Below, piece by piece: positions 1-7,428 of a stretch of DNA of 57,251 nt. How positions within the stretch are numbered: position 1 is the stretch's first letter; every line of letters begins with the position of its first letter. The notes beneath the pieces were generated by a model. That model searched no databases and was not told the DNA's origin. It was given only the letters and a program-made list of their open reading frames with translations. A program made the translations under genes and the position numbers. This DNA comes from a virus (lineage: Duplodnaviria; Caudoviricetes), in the IMG/VR virus record IMGVR_UViG_3300025723_000044, positions 1 to 57,251 of that record. One strand, given 5' to 3'.

Positions 1-239
1 GCTCGGATTGCACCAGCACATTCGCTTGCTCCCTCACCCATGAATTCATATCTACCTTGTATGTCTATCCATGATAAGTAAAAACCATCACAAATTTCAG
101 CACACGCCTCACGTTCTTTTTCTGCTACTAGTTTGGCAAATCGTTCAAACACGGGAAACAAATCTCTTTCTACCCATGTTATATGGTCAAACATTGCACC
201 TGAATGTATAGCCATCTTAATGATTTCATCTTGTGTCAT
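1..239 (-). CDS. Small phage protein of the EREACA...AIRA(RG) type, truncated by window edge (not in ORF track)
   Basis: Manual translation from ATG 239: MTQDEIIKMAIHSG...FERFAKLVAEKEREACAEIC...ECAGAIRA; ATGA overlap with the upstream stop. Confidence 0.7.
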   Translation of the reverse strand, partial: MTQDEIIKMAIHSGAMFDHITWVERDLFPVFERFAKLVAEKEREACAEICDGFYLSWIDIQGRYEFMGEGASECAGAIR

Positions 240-418
240 TCTTGTTTCCTTTCACGTTTATCTACATAACCACACCAACATTTTTGGTTTGGCATAAGAA
301 TTTTTGGTTGTGCTTTTGGCAACTTGATTGTGCAATCAGGGCATGGCATACCAAGCCTTTGCCTGCGTTCTTTTTTGTATTCTTTCCATTCATTAAATAT
401 TTCAGCCATATCACCCAT
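236..418 (-). CDS. Small zinc-ribbon-like hypothetical protein
   Basis: CPDC...CWCG motifs; overlaps neighbours in operon fashion. Confidence 0.65.
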   Translation of the reverse strand: MGDMAEIFNEWKEYKKERRQRLGMPCPDCTIKLPKAQPKILMPNQKCWCGYVDKRERKQE

Positions 419-629
419 TACTTTTTCCCCTTGCTCGGATTAGTTCTGCTATTGCTTTAGGACTGCCTTGCCACGGTTCTTCTGCAATCTTTGCACACTC
501 TTCACGCTCGGCTTCAATTGCACTGTTAACTAACCGCAAAACTTCTTCATCGCAATCCATCAAACGCTTGAACGCAACAAGGTTTAATTGTTCTTTGTGA
601 AATAATTTGATGTATTCTTCATTTGTCAT
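411..629 (-). CDS. EREECA...IRARG-type small protein (start moved to MTNEE)
   Basis: AEREECAKIAE...AELIRARG; ATG 629 preceded by CAGGAG. Confidence 0.7.
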   Translation of the reverse strand: MTNEEYIKLFHKEQLNLVAFKRLMDCDEEVLRLVNSAIEAEREECAKIAEEPWQGSPKAIAELIRARGKSNG

Positions 630-729
630 CTTTAAACTCCTGTATGCACGCCCATCCAATAGCGCAAGCAACAATAAATACAGCAACAGCTCCACCCAAG
701 GCAAGCATCCATATTAATGCGTCAGTCAT
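619..729 (-). CDS. 36-aa single-TM peptide (not in ORF track)
   Basis: MTDALIWMLALGGAVAVFIVACAIGWACIQEFKDDK; GGAG upstream; fills the gap between neighbours. Confidence 0.5.
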   Translation of the reverse strand: MTDALIWMLALGGAVAVFIVACAIGWACIQEFKDDK

Positions 730-731
730 GT

Positions 732-1241
732 TTATGCTCCAAAGATTTGTTTAAGCTCAAGATACAAAGCCTTGGCCTCGCCAATGCCAATGTTATCCAC
801 GATGTATTTGGCCGTCAGTTTCGTGGTAGCTACCGCCTTGGGCTCGTCCAAGACTGGCTTGGGTGCTTGGGGTTCTTTTTTGACCTTTTCTTTCGGTACG
901 CTTATGACTGTGGTATTGCGCTTTTGTTTGATGGGCGTGTAATCGTGCACAATTGCAGCCAACTTACCATCAGCGCCCCGTATGATCATGCTGTTCTTGA
1001 GCATCTGCGTGAGGAGAGAGTCGATTGAGGACTCCTTGAATCCTTTTGCCAGTAAAGCCTCGATGACTTGTTTGCGTGTGCACCCGTAGTGGGTCTTCAC
1101 AAAGGTGAATGTCTCGCGTGAGACGTTGTTCGTGGGCTTGAATAGGTGTACTTCTTTTTTAGTTTCCATTTGTTTCTCTTCTTTAGTTGGTGTTTCCCAT
1201 TGCTCTATTGCTTCTTTGAGCGCGGTTTGTAAGTCAGGCAT
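732..1241 (-). CDS. Hypothetical protein with possible winged-HTH domain
   Basis: Helix pattern TRKQVIEALLAKGFKESSIDSLLTQMLKNSMIIR; GAGGAGG RBS. Confidence 0.65.
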   Translation of the reverse strand: MPDLQTALKEAIEQWETPTKEEKQMETKKEVHLFKPTNNVSRETFTFVKTHYGCTRKQVIEALLAKGFKESSIDSLLTQMLKNSMIIRGADGKLAAIVHDYTPIKQKRNTTVISVPKEKVKKEPQAPKPVLDEPKAVATTKLTAKYIVDNIGIGEAKALYLELKQIFGA

Positions 1242-1500
1242 TTGGTGTTCCTCCTCTTGCCCAAGTCCAAAATAAAATAAAGCAAAGCATCGCTATTGCT
1301 GATGCGCAATACAGCAATACATTGCGGATGATGGTGTGTTTCCAAGGGCGGATGCCGAGCAAGACTTCTTGTATCTGCTCATCGAACTCATCCATCCTAG
1401 GTGGTGGCGGTTTATACAACAAGCCTATTTTTACTTTACCCGTGTCATAGGGTACGCGTTGGGATTGTGTGCTTTTGTTTTCAATCAGTTGTATTTGCAT
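1234..1500 (-). CDS. Hypothetical protein with C-terminal TM helix
   Basis: YDTGKVKIGLLYKPP N-region, hydrophobic VLLYCASAIAMLCFILFW; downstream of a promoter. Confidence 0.7.
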   Translation of the reverse strand: MQIQLIENKSTQSQRVPYDTGKVKIGLLYKPPPPRMDEFDEQIQEVLLGIRPWKHTIIRNVLLYCASAIAMLCFILFWTWARGGTPNA

Positions 1501-1529
1501 TTGCTTCTCTCTTTAAAAGTTTTTTGTTG

Positions 1530-1558
1530 AGTGTGTCATAGAAATATACCCTTGTCAA
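1530..1558 (-). promoter_or_regulatory. Sigma70-type promoter
   Basis: Minus strand TTGACA-17 bp-CACACT with TG-n extension. Confidence 0.55.
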
Positions 1559-1575
1559 TAGTTAGACAAGGGTAT
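1546..1575. repeat. 11-bp inverted repeat (terminator/cruciform) containing 18-bp operator-like site 1552-1569
   Basis: ATACCCTTGTC-AATAGTTA-GACAAGGGTAT just after the 1582 stop. Confidence 0.7.
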
Positions 1576-1581
1576 TTTCCC

Positions 1582-1779
1582 TTAAGCATTCTCTTCTAAT
1601 TTGAATGACACGGGCGCGTCTTGCACATACCCCATCTCGATCTCGTTGAGCTTGCGTTTGCACTCCTCGTAAAATTCTTTTTTACTGGCGTACCCTATCG
1701 CTTGGTACGAATATCCGTAGGACAAGTCGCAGATGTCAAAATAAATCTCTTGAATGAGCGTTAATGTTTTCGTAGTCAT
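1582..1779 (-). CDS. Hypothetical protein
   Basis: AAGGA RBS, ATGA overlap with upstream gene. Confidence 0.65.
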   Translation of the reverse strand: MTTKTLTLIQEIYFDICDLSYGYSYQAIGYASKKEFYEECKRKLNEIEMGYVQDAPVSFKLEENA

Positions 1780-2036
1780 GCTGTTTCCTTTAATGCAAAT
1801 TTAAGAACGTGAAAGAAGTTATCGTTTTCCCTATCGTATGTGCCATTAACATAATAGGCCGTGATGAAGAACGTATCCCCATCGCTGTAAAAATTGATGT
1901 CATAGTATTGGCCATCTACCTCGACCGCATCCCACTCATCAAAGTCTGTGTACTCCCCATCGGGGCAGTAGTGCATGGGCACAAGACTAATCTTACGCTT
2001 GATTAACTCTTTAATAATTTGTTGTCTCAGTTCCAT
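1776..2036 (-). CDS. Hypothetical acidic/aromatic protein
   Basis: Co-oriented ORF overlapping both neighbours. Confidence 0.65.
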   Translation of the reverse strand: MELRQQIIKELIKRKISLVPMHYCPDGEYTDFDEWDAVEVDGQYYDINFYSDGDTFFITAYYVNGTYDRENDNFFHVLKFALKETA

Positions 2037-2217
2037 CTTCGATCTCCCAAGTCCTGTAATTAAACTCCTCGATCAAACCCTCATCGTGCATCTTGTTGTA
2101 GCCTATGCCGTCCTCCAAGATAAATTGAAGATAGTCAAAATCATTCTTTTGCATTGCGTCTCGAACGGTCTCGATGTCATCCTCAACCAAACGCTTGATC
2201 ATTGCTTTTCTATCCAT
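2011..2217 (-). CDS. Hypothetical protein
   Basis: TAGGAG RBS directly downstream of palindrome copy 1. Confidence 0.7.
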   Translation of the reverse strand: MDRKAMIKRLVEDDIETVRDAMQKNDFDYLQFILEDGIGYNKMHDEGLIEEFNYRTWEIEDGTETTNY

Positions 2218-2236
2218 TTCTTTCTCCTAAAAATAA

Positions 2237-2253
2237 GGGGACAACTTGTCCCC
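2237..2253. repeat. Early-region palindrome copy 1
   Basis: GGGGACA-ACT-TGTCCCC. Confidence 0.9.
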
Positions 2254-2285
2254 GTTCCAAACTGCATGGGGGGAATTCCCCATGC

Positions 2286-2304
2286 AAAACACTGGTCGCC
2301 CTCA
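2286..2304. repeat. 19-bp direct repeat copy A
   Basis: AAAACACTGGTCGCCCTCA, identical to 4842-4860; includes the TGA of the adjacent gene. Confidence 0.9.
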
Positions 2305-3417
2305 CGCTATCATGTACGCACTGTCAAATAGCGTGGCCAATACCTGAGACGGATCGGCCGACCACGAATCATTGAGCGCATCTTGCAGCACATCGACAGT
2401 CAGTCGGCGTTTGTCAATGAACCGAACCGCCATGTCAACGTCCTCGGGGTACACACTCTCGGCCATCATCTCGATCAGCCACTCACTGTGCCCCTCGATG
2501 GCATCCGTGATCGCATCCTGTAAGTCAACCGCACCGATCTCCTCATCCCAACGCATATAGTCCTGATACGCTGATGTGCTGTTGCTAGCCTTGCCATAGC
2601 TTGCCCACCCGCCGTAGTATCCGACAGATGCGTAGTCATCCCACTTGCTCTCGACAACGGATGGATCGCGCTCGGTCGGCAGAGAGTCCCAGTCGATCTT
2701 CACGACTTGCTCGGCAAGCGTCTGGAAGTGCACGATGTCAAGCGACTCGGTGAGTGTGTGCTCGGCGTAATACCCCACGCTCACATTGGTGCACTCGGGG
2801 ATGATGGTCGTGAACTCCGCAGTATCGGTGTACACCCCTGTGTCGTCAGTCGAGTACATCAAGCGGTCATCCTCATTGAGTGCCTGGGCAAGCGCCGTCC
2901 CAAACTCATCGGAGCAACACCGACCATAGCCTTGATGCGTGATCACACTGTCGATGTTCTTTCGGTCGAACGCAATGGCACGATCAAAAGAGCCAAGCTC
3001 CTCGCTGTAATGCGTTGCGACATAGGTCGCCCCAATACCCCCGCGCTCCTCGCCCTGAGTAAAGATGTAGTAGGCAGGGATACCCGCATGGATCAAGTGC
3101 ATGAGCATGGCCACACCCGCCCCATCATCCGCACCCAACTGCGCGCCGTCAGCGTGCCAGTGGGTAGTAGTCTTCCTGATCTTGTTGACACCCTCGTCTT
3201 TGTGCACAGTATCCACATGGGCTACGAACAGTGTGCGGTTTAGCTTCGAGATGCGTGTGTCGATGTGCAAGTTATTGCACCCGTCAATGAATGCTCGCTC
3301 ACACACATCAGGCGGTAGCATCTCGGCAAGCCACAGCGTGAAGTCTTCATTGGTTACGGAAGTGTGCGGTCGCTTCAAAGACAGCGCGTGATTCAAGGTT
3401 TGCATTAGTACGTTCAT
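2302..3417 (-). CDS. M28/M20-clan dinuclear zinc peptidase
   Basis: AHVDTVH, LGADDGAG, GEERGGIG, AFDR, and later YYAEHT metal-ligand pattern. Confidence 0.85.
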   Translation of the reverse strand: MNVLMQTLNHALSLKRPHTSVTNEDFTLWLAEMLPPDVCERAFIDGCNNLHIDTRISKLNRTLFVAHVDTVHKDEGVNKIRKTTTHWHADGAQLGADDGAGVAMLMHLIHAGIPAYYIFTQGEERGGIGATYVATHYSEELGSFDRAIAFDRKNIDSVITHQGYGRCCSDEFGTALAQALNEDDRLMYSTDDTGVYTDTAEFTTIIPECTNVSVGYYAEHTLTESLDIVHFQTLAEQVVKIDWDSLPTERDPSVVESKWDDYASVGYYGGWASYGKASNSTSAYQDYMRWDEEIGAVDLQDAITDAIEGHSEWLIEMMAESVYPEDVDMAVRFIDKRRLTVDVLQDALNDSWSADPSQVLATLFDSAYMIA

Positions 3418-4739
3418 TCTGATTCTCCTTTGGTTGTTTCGTTTGTCTCGGGTGCACAGTCAGGGTGAAACTTATCACCATTGATCTCTACATAGTCAGT
3501 CTCATTGGTGTAGTACTTATCGGTGTGGGTACACATCCAGCAGTTGTCGCGCAACTCATATTGCTCGGTGTCCTCGGCGTAGCAGATGCGGTCGTCATCA
3601 TCGGGGTAGTGCTCGGACTCGCTCTCGATGTAGACCACATCATCAAGATGGCGGTGCTCGCCGTCCACATCACACACGATGTCGTTGTCGGACAGATAGT
3701 CCTCGTCATAGTGCTCGCCGTCAACCTCGACCGAGTAACGATCCCTGATGTAGTACTGATTACCTCTGCGTCCGTAGACATACTGGTAGTCGTTGTCACA
3801 ACAACTCTGGCAGATGTATGTGTCCTCGCTGTAACCGACCCAGTAGCCGTCACCATCATCGAACCCGTCCCCGCAGTCCTCGCAGGTGTGATCGTACTGG
3901 CTACGCTCCTCGGCAAACCCGCCCGTGCTCTCCATGCGGTACTCGCCATCACCATCACAGATCGTGAACGTTTTCTTGTCTGCGCTGTACTTGCAGTCAC
4001 GATCATGACCATCAATGTATGGCCCGATAACATTGCCCTTGTTCTCGATGGCTTTGATCTTGGCGCCGTCCCAACCGCTCACCTTGGCGATGCCCTGATT
4101 CTGCATCCACGCTTCGAGTTGCGTGTCGCTGTGCGAGTACCCGCCGTTCGGGTCTTTGTTGTACGAACGCACAAACGTCTTGTTGCCCGCCGCATCGGTG
4201 TAGACCAAAGCCCGCGCCTTGGTATCGTCCCCTTCCTCACGCACCGCCATCGACCACCCAAGCGCAGGGTCATAGACCTCATAAGGATGCGTGTTCCAGT
4301 TGCTTTCTTTCATACATGATTGTGGCCCCCGCATCAGGTGATGCAGCATCTCGGCCATCGTGTGCACGATCTTGACCCCAGTCACCACATGGAGCGCGGT
4401 GATGTCCCTGATCTGATGGTCACCGAGGGTTGGGAAGTGTCGGCGTAGATACTTGCCGATGGATGTCTTGACTTGGCGATCCGCTTCCCCGCTCTTGTCG
4501 TCACGGGTAAAAGCGATCATGGTCTGATCCGCGATGGCTCGGTGCGGATGCTCAAGCACCAACTGATGCCAGTCATAAGGCCGTGCCAGTATGAGCGCGT
4601 CCGCAATAGCGGGGTGCATCGGGTACTTGTAAAACTCTCGGTGATACCAAGGGCGGGAGCACTTGAGTATCTTTTGGAGCATACGGATGCTATCCTGCAT
4701 TGCCCAACTGTCTTCCATTGTGTATGCGAATGCGTACAT
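3414..4739 (-). CDS. Unknown protein with acidic, Cys-rich (Zn-finger-like) C-terminal half; start 4739 or 4757
   Basis: Long ORF; HPYEVY, ARALVY, FVRSY, GPYID motifs; TCEDC, CQSCC; GAGG RBS before ATG 4739; ATGA coupling to the peptidase. Confidence 0.8.
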   Translation of the reverse strand: MYAFAYTMEDSWAMQDSIRMLQKILKCSRPWYHREFYKYPMHPAIADALILARPYDWHQLVLEHPHRAIADQTMIAFTRDDKSGEADRQVKTSIGKYLRRHFPTLGDHQIRDITALHVVTGVKIVHTMAEMLHHLMRGPQSCMKESNWNTHPYEVYDPALGWSMAVREEGDDTKARALVYTDAAGNKTFVRSYNKDPNGGYSHSDTQLEAWMQNQGIAKVSGWDGAKIKAIENKGNVIGPYIDGHDRDCKYSADKKTFTICDGDGEYRMESTGGFAEERSQYDHTCEDCGDGFDDGDGYWVGYSEDTYICQSCCDNDYQYVYGRRGNQYYIRDRYSVEVDGEHYDEDYLSDNDIVCDVDGEHRHLDDVVYIESESEHYPDDDDRICYAEDTEQYELRDNCWMCTHTDKYYTNETDYVEINGDKFHPDCAPETNETTKGESE

Positions 4740-4813
4740 TTGATTTACCTCTTTCATTTGTTGTAGCTACTACCCTCAAGTGGATCGGCGTAGCTGGAAA
4801 CCGATCCACCATA

Positions 4814-4832
4814 CGGGGACAACTTGTCCCCG
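4814..4832. repeat. Early-region palindrome copy 2
   Basis: CGGGGACA-ACT-TGTCCCCG. Confidence 0.9.
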
Positions 4833-4841
4833 AATCAAAAG

Positions 4842-4860
4842 AAAACACTGGTCGCCCTCA
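4842..4860. repeat. 19-bp direct repeat copy B
   Basis: AAAACACTGGTCGCCCTCA. Confidence 0.9.
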
Positions 4861-5562
4861 ATCGCCTTGGTTCATGGCGCTTTGCCATGTGTAGGGAACG
4901 GGCGCGGTCAGCGGTAGGCTGGCCACACGATCCATCGCTTCAAGCATCAGCTTGGCTTTGTCTTGGCGGTCTTGATCGTTGGAGATGTTTAACTCCTGAC
5001 ATACCCGCTCATACTCGGCCTCGGTGCGGCGCATGAATCTGTCCTTGAGTTTGGTGTGCAAGTGCGCGGGCACAGCACGCACGAATGGTTCTTTGCGCTT
5101 TGCCCTCGCTTTGTGGGGGATGTCCGTGAACATGGCGTAGACTCTATCCTTGATCTTTGGCGGAACCCAGTCCGTCCAATGGATGCCATCGTTGGGCAGA
5201 TTCTTTTCCTTGGCCAGTTTGACGGGCGACAATTGGCGTTGCTCATACGCGGTAAAATCTCCACGCAAGCGGTCGATCACATAGGCGTAGGCTTCCAAGG
5301 CGTTGACCCTCGGATCGTCTGTGTGCTTGAGTTTGTAGGCGAGCATTGCTCGGATGATCTTGCGCTCAACGATGAGCGGTTCTTTTAACTCAGCCCAGTA
5401 GTCATGCAGTCGCCTGCCTTTGGCTTTGTCGCGGAGTATTTCCGCTTGTTGCTCGGCAACGATGCGCTTGATGATCTCGCGCTCGCCGTCCGTCATACGG
5501 CGTTTCATGAGCACATTGTGTAGCTCGTTCGGTGTGTATTCCATATAATGCTGGTACTTCAT
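4858..5562 (-). CDS. Hypothetical basic helical protein, 234 aa (start moved to MKYQHY)
   Basis: CAGGAG RBS before ATG 5562; upstream in-frame extension crosses an AT-rich non-coding-looking element. Confidence 0.75.
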   Translation of the reverse strand: MKYQHYMEYTPNELHNVLMKRRMTDGEREIIKRIVAEQQAEILRDKAKGRRLHDYWAELKEPLIVERKIIRAMLAYKLKHTDDPRVNALEAYAYVIDRLRGDFTAYEQRQLSPVKLAKEKNLPNDGIHWTDWVPPKIKDRVYAMFTDIPHKARAKRKEPFVRAVPAHLHTKLKDRFMRRTEAEYERVCQELNISNDQDRQDKAKLMLEAMDRVASLPLTAPVPYTWQSAMNQGD

Positions 5563-5574
5563 GGGTAAAATCTC

Positions 5575-5936
5575 CTGTAGTGTCCGACATTTTATCATAA
5601 AAGCACGGAACTGTCCAACATCTTGCCAAGTATCTACAAGCTCCGACACACTAAAACCCGCATAAACATTGGGCTGTGCTGTGTCCGTGTCTCGAATATA
5701 GCCACAAAATAATAATGACATAACCATTAAGTACAAGACCAAAGAACCAAGGACTTGAAAGCGTGGAAATATGCGGACGTATAGAGAGATACTCCTATAT
5801 ATATAAAAGACTTTTTTAAATAGATATATATATGCCAGAGAAACTCGGAGCGCTAGCATTGGCGCCACTTTTTTTGTGACGCAGATGCTTGGATAGTTGG
5901 CAAGATGACGGACAAATCGCGGGTGGTGTTTTTCAA
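5575..5936. other. Putative replication origin-like element
   Basis: ~28-bp imperfect inverted repeats 5612-5641 / 5887-5914 around a TATATATA-rich core; bounded by a 14-bp direct repeat (5561-5574, 5937-5950). Confidence 0.5.
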
Positions 5937-5948
5937 ATGGGTAAAATC

Positions 5949-6122
5949 TCAAGTTGAGGATACGGGGACATCTTGTCCCTGTTTCGACCACCAAATGTCG
6001 CGGACGTTGCGGTCTTTGGATAGGCGGGTGAGGGTGGCTTGCAGTTGCTTGATGGTGCAGTCTATGGTGCGGCGCTCGTGATGGTCGCCGTGTGTGCGGA
6101 GGAGGAAGTTGATGGTGTACAT
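5949..6122 (-). CDS. Hypothetical protein, 57 aa (start MYTINF)
   Basis: AAGGA RBS; follows the 6125 stop. Confidence 0.6.
   Translation of the reverse strand: MYTINFLLRTHGDHHERRTIDCTIKQLQATLTRLSKDRNVRDIWWSKQGQDVPVSST
5963..5981. repeat. Early-region palindrome copy 3
   Basis: CGGGGACA-TCT-TGTCCCTG. Confidence 0.85.
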
Positions 6123-6124
6123 GG

Positions 6125-6304
6125 TTAGTCCTTGTAGGTGTGGATGATGCGGGATACTTGAAGGCCGAGGATGAAGGACGCGATGATGGGTGTGACGACC
6201 CAGACCCAGCCCGATGAGAACGATAGTATCTGCGAGCACAGTACGATCAAGTGGGTGATGACAACGGCGAGGAGGATTTCGCTGAGTATTTGAAGTGCTG
6301 ACAT
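6125..6304 (-). CDS. 59-aa two-TM membrane protein (not in ORF track)
   Basis: MSALQILSEILLAVVITHLIVLCSQILSFSSGWVWVVTPIIASFILGLQVSRIIHTYKD; GGAG RBS; fills the gap exactly. Confidence 0.65.
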   Translation of the reverse strand: MSALQILSEILLAVVITHLIVLCSQILSFSSGWVWVVTPIIASFILGLQVSRIIHTYKD

Positions 6305-6307
6305 GGT

Positions 6308-6541
6308 TTACTCTCCGAAAGTTACAAAGACAACGTGGCAGATACCACGGGGATAAATGGCGATCATGTCACCAAATTTTTCAACACGGCAACGCAGACC
6401 CGTAAGGTCTGCCCACGCCTTTGCTTTTCGCACAATGGCGCGGTCTGTTGCAGTATCGGGTAGGTCGAGTGTGTGACGGCGAACCCATGAGTAGTTGGAT
6501 TCCCCGCCGAAAGTATCAGTGTGCTCTAGATTAACTTGCAT
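6308..6541 (-). CDS. Phage hypothetical protein (TDTFGGESNYSWVRR type)
   Basis: GAAAGG RBS before MQVNLE; motif recalled from phage early genes. Confidence 0.75.
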   Translation of the reverse strand: MQVNLEHTDTFGGESNYSWVRRHTLDLPDTATDRAIVRKAKAWADLTGLRCRVEKFGDMIAIYPRGICHVVFVTFGE

Positions 6542-6558
6542 GGTTTTACCTTTCGTTG

Positions 6559-6583
6559 ATACGGGGACAACGTGTCCCCGTAT
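6559..6583. repeat. Early-region palindrome copy 4
   Basis: ATACGGGGACA-ACG-TGTCCCCGTAT (11-bp arms). Confidence 0.9.
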
Positions 6584-6632
6584 GGTGCAACAGCGCACCC
6601 CAATGCTCTTGCGAGCATTAGGCTGAGTTGTC

Positions 6633-6845
6633 TTAGGCTCGCAACGTCACGCCAAGGTATTTGTTGACATTGTTGGTGGTGATGTAATCGTTATCTTCGT
6701 TGGACATACGCAAGACATAACCGCCTGTTATTTCACATGAGCGGTAAAGATCAACTTCTACTTTTGCATCGTTGATGCCGAGGTTGCTGAAGATATTGCC
6801 GATGAATACACACGAGTCGCAGTCGTGTTTGAATTGTGGTTTCAT
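6633..6845 (-). CDS. Hypothetical protein, 70 aa (start MKPQFKHDCDSC)
   Basis: AAAGGA RBS; HDCxxC motif. Confidence 0.7.
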   Translation of the reverse strand: MKPQFKHDCDSCVFIGNIFSNLGINDAKVEVDLYRSCEITGGYVLRMSNEDNDYITTNNVNKYLGVTLRA

Positions 6846-6920
6846 GATTAAAGTCCTTTCGTTAGACAAAGAATGAAACACCACACAAGCCGATCTCGCG
6901 TGGTGTACTGGGGAAACAAA

Positions 6921-6939
6921 CAGGGACATCGTGTCCCCG
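6921..6939. repeat. Early-region palindrome copy 5
   Basis: CAGGGACA-TCG-TGTCCCCG. Confidence 0.85.
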
Positions 6940-6945
6940 TATCGA

Positions 6946-7359
6946 TTACTTGGCAGTGCGAGCATTCCAAGCCTTCTCAAATGCTTTCAAAGCCTGCGCT
7001 TTCGTGCCATCGAACTTTTTAACCGCGTTCAAGAAGGGATTCACGGGCTCAGTGCTCGCGGATGTGCTCGCTGGTGCTGTACCCATCACATCGTGAACAA
7101 GACGTCCTAGAGCCTTCCTAGAGGCTTCGTAGGTTGCGTGCTCTTTGTCGAGCACTTTCGTGCCCAATGCTTTCTTCTGGCCATCGAGTAAAGGCGTGCC
7201 GTAGTATGTGGCAACGTGTGGCAGTAGTGCCGCTCTCGCTTCGGCGTGCGTGCCTTTGCTCAAGTGTGCCCTAAGCCCATCGACACCCGTGTTATAGGTG
7301 GCAACAGCATCAAGAGCGAGTTTGACTAGAGATGAAATGGAATTGATTTTTGTTGACAT
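6946..7359 (-). CDS. First early gene, hypothetical Ala/Lys-rich protein (start MSTKIN)
   Basis: ATG 7359 downstream of palindrome 6 and a TACAAT -10 box. Confidence 0.7.
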   Translation of the reverse strand: MSTKINSISSLVKLALDAVATYNTGVDGLRAHLSKGTHAEARAALLPHVATYYGTPLLDGQKKALGTKVLDKEHATYEASRKALGRLVHDVMGTAPASTSASTEPVNPFLNAVKKFDGTKAQALKAFEKAWNARTAK

Positions 7360-7375
7360 GATTTTCTTTCTATAT

Positions 7376-7392
7376 GGGGACACCATGTCCCC
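7376..7392. repeat. Early-region palindrome copy 6
   Basis: GGGGACA-CCA-TGTCCCC. Confidence 0.9.
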
Positions 7393-7428
7393 GTATCGGT
7401 TGCGAGGAATTTCTCAACCGATGCCTCT

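Noticed and set aside
2707-4319. Long + strand ORFs (2707..3243, 3465..4319) and similar antisense ORFs elsewhere
   Set aside because: Shadow frames of well-supported opposite-strand genes; no RBS or motifs.
5563-5994. 144-codon N-terminal extension of ORF 4858..5994
   Set aside because: Crosses AT-rich repeats with unprotein-like composition; a strong RBS sits at 5562.
2237-7392. Palindrome series as a CRISPR array or integron attC array
   Set aside because: Intervals are 0.36-2.6 kb and gene-containing; no cas operon or integron integrase; repeats lack attC R/L box structure.
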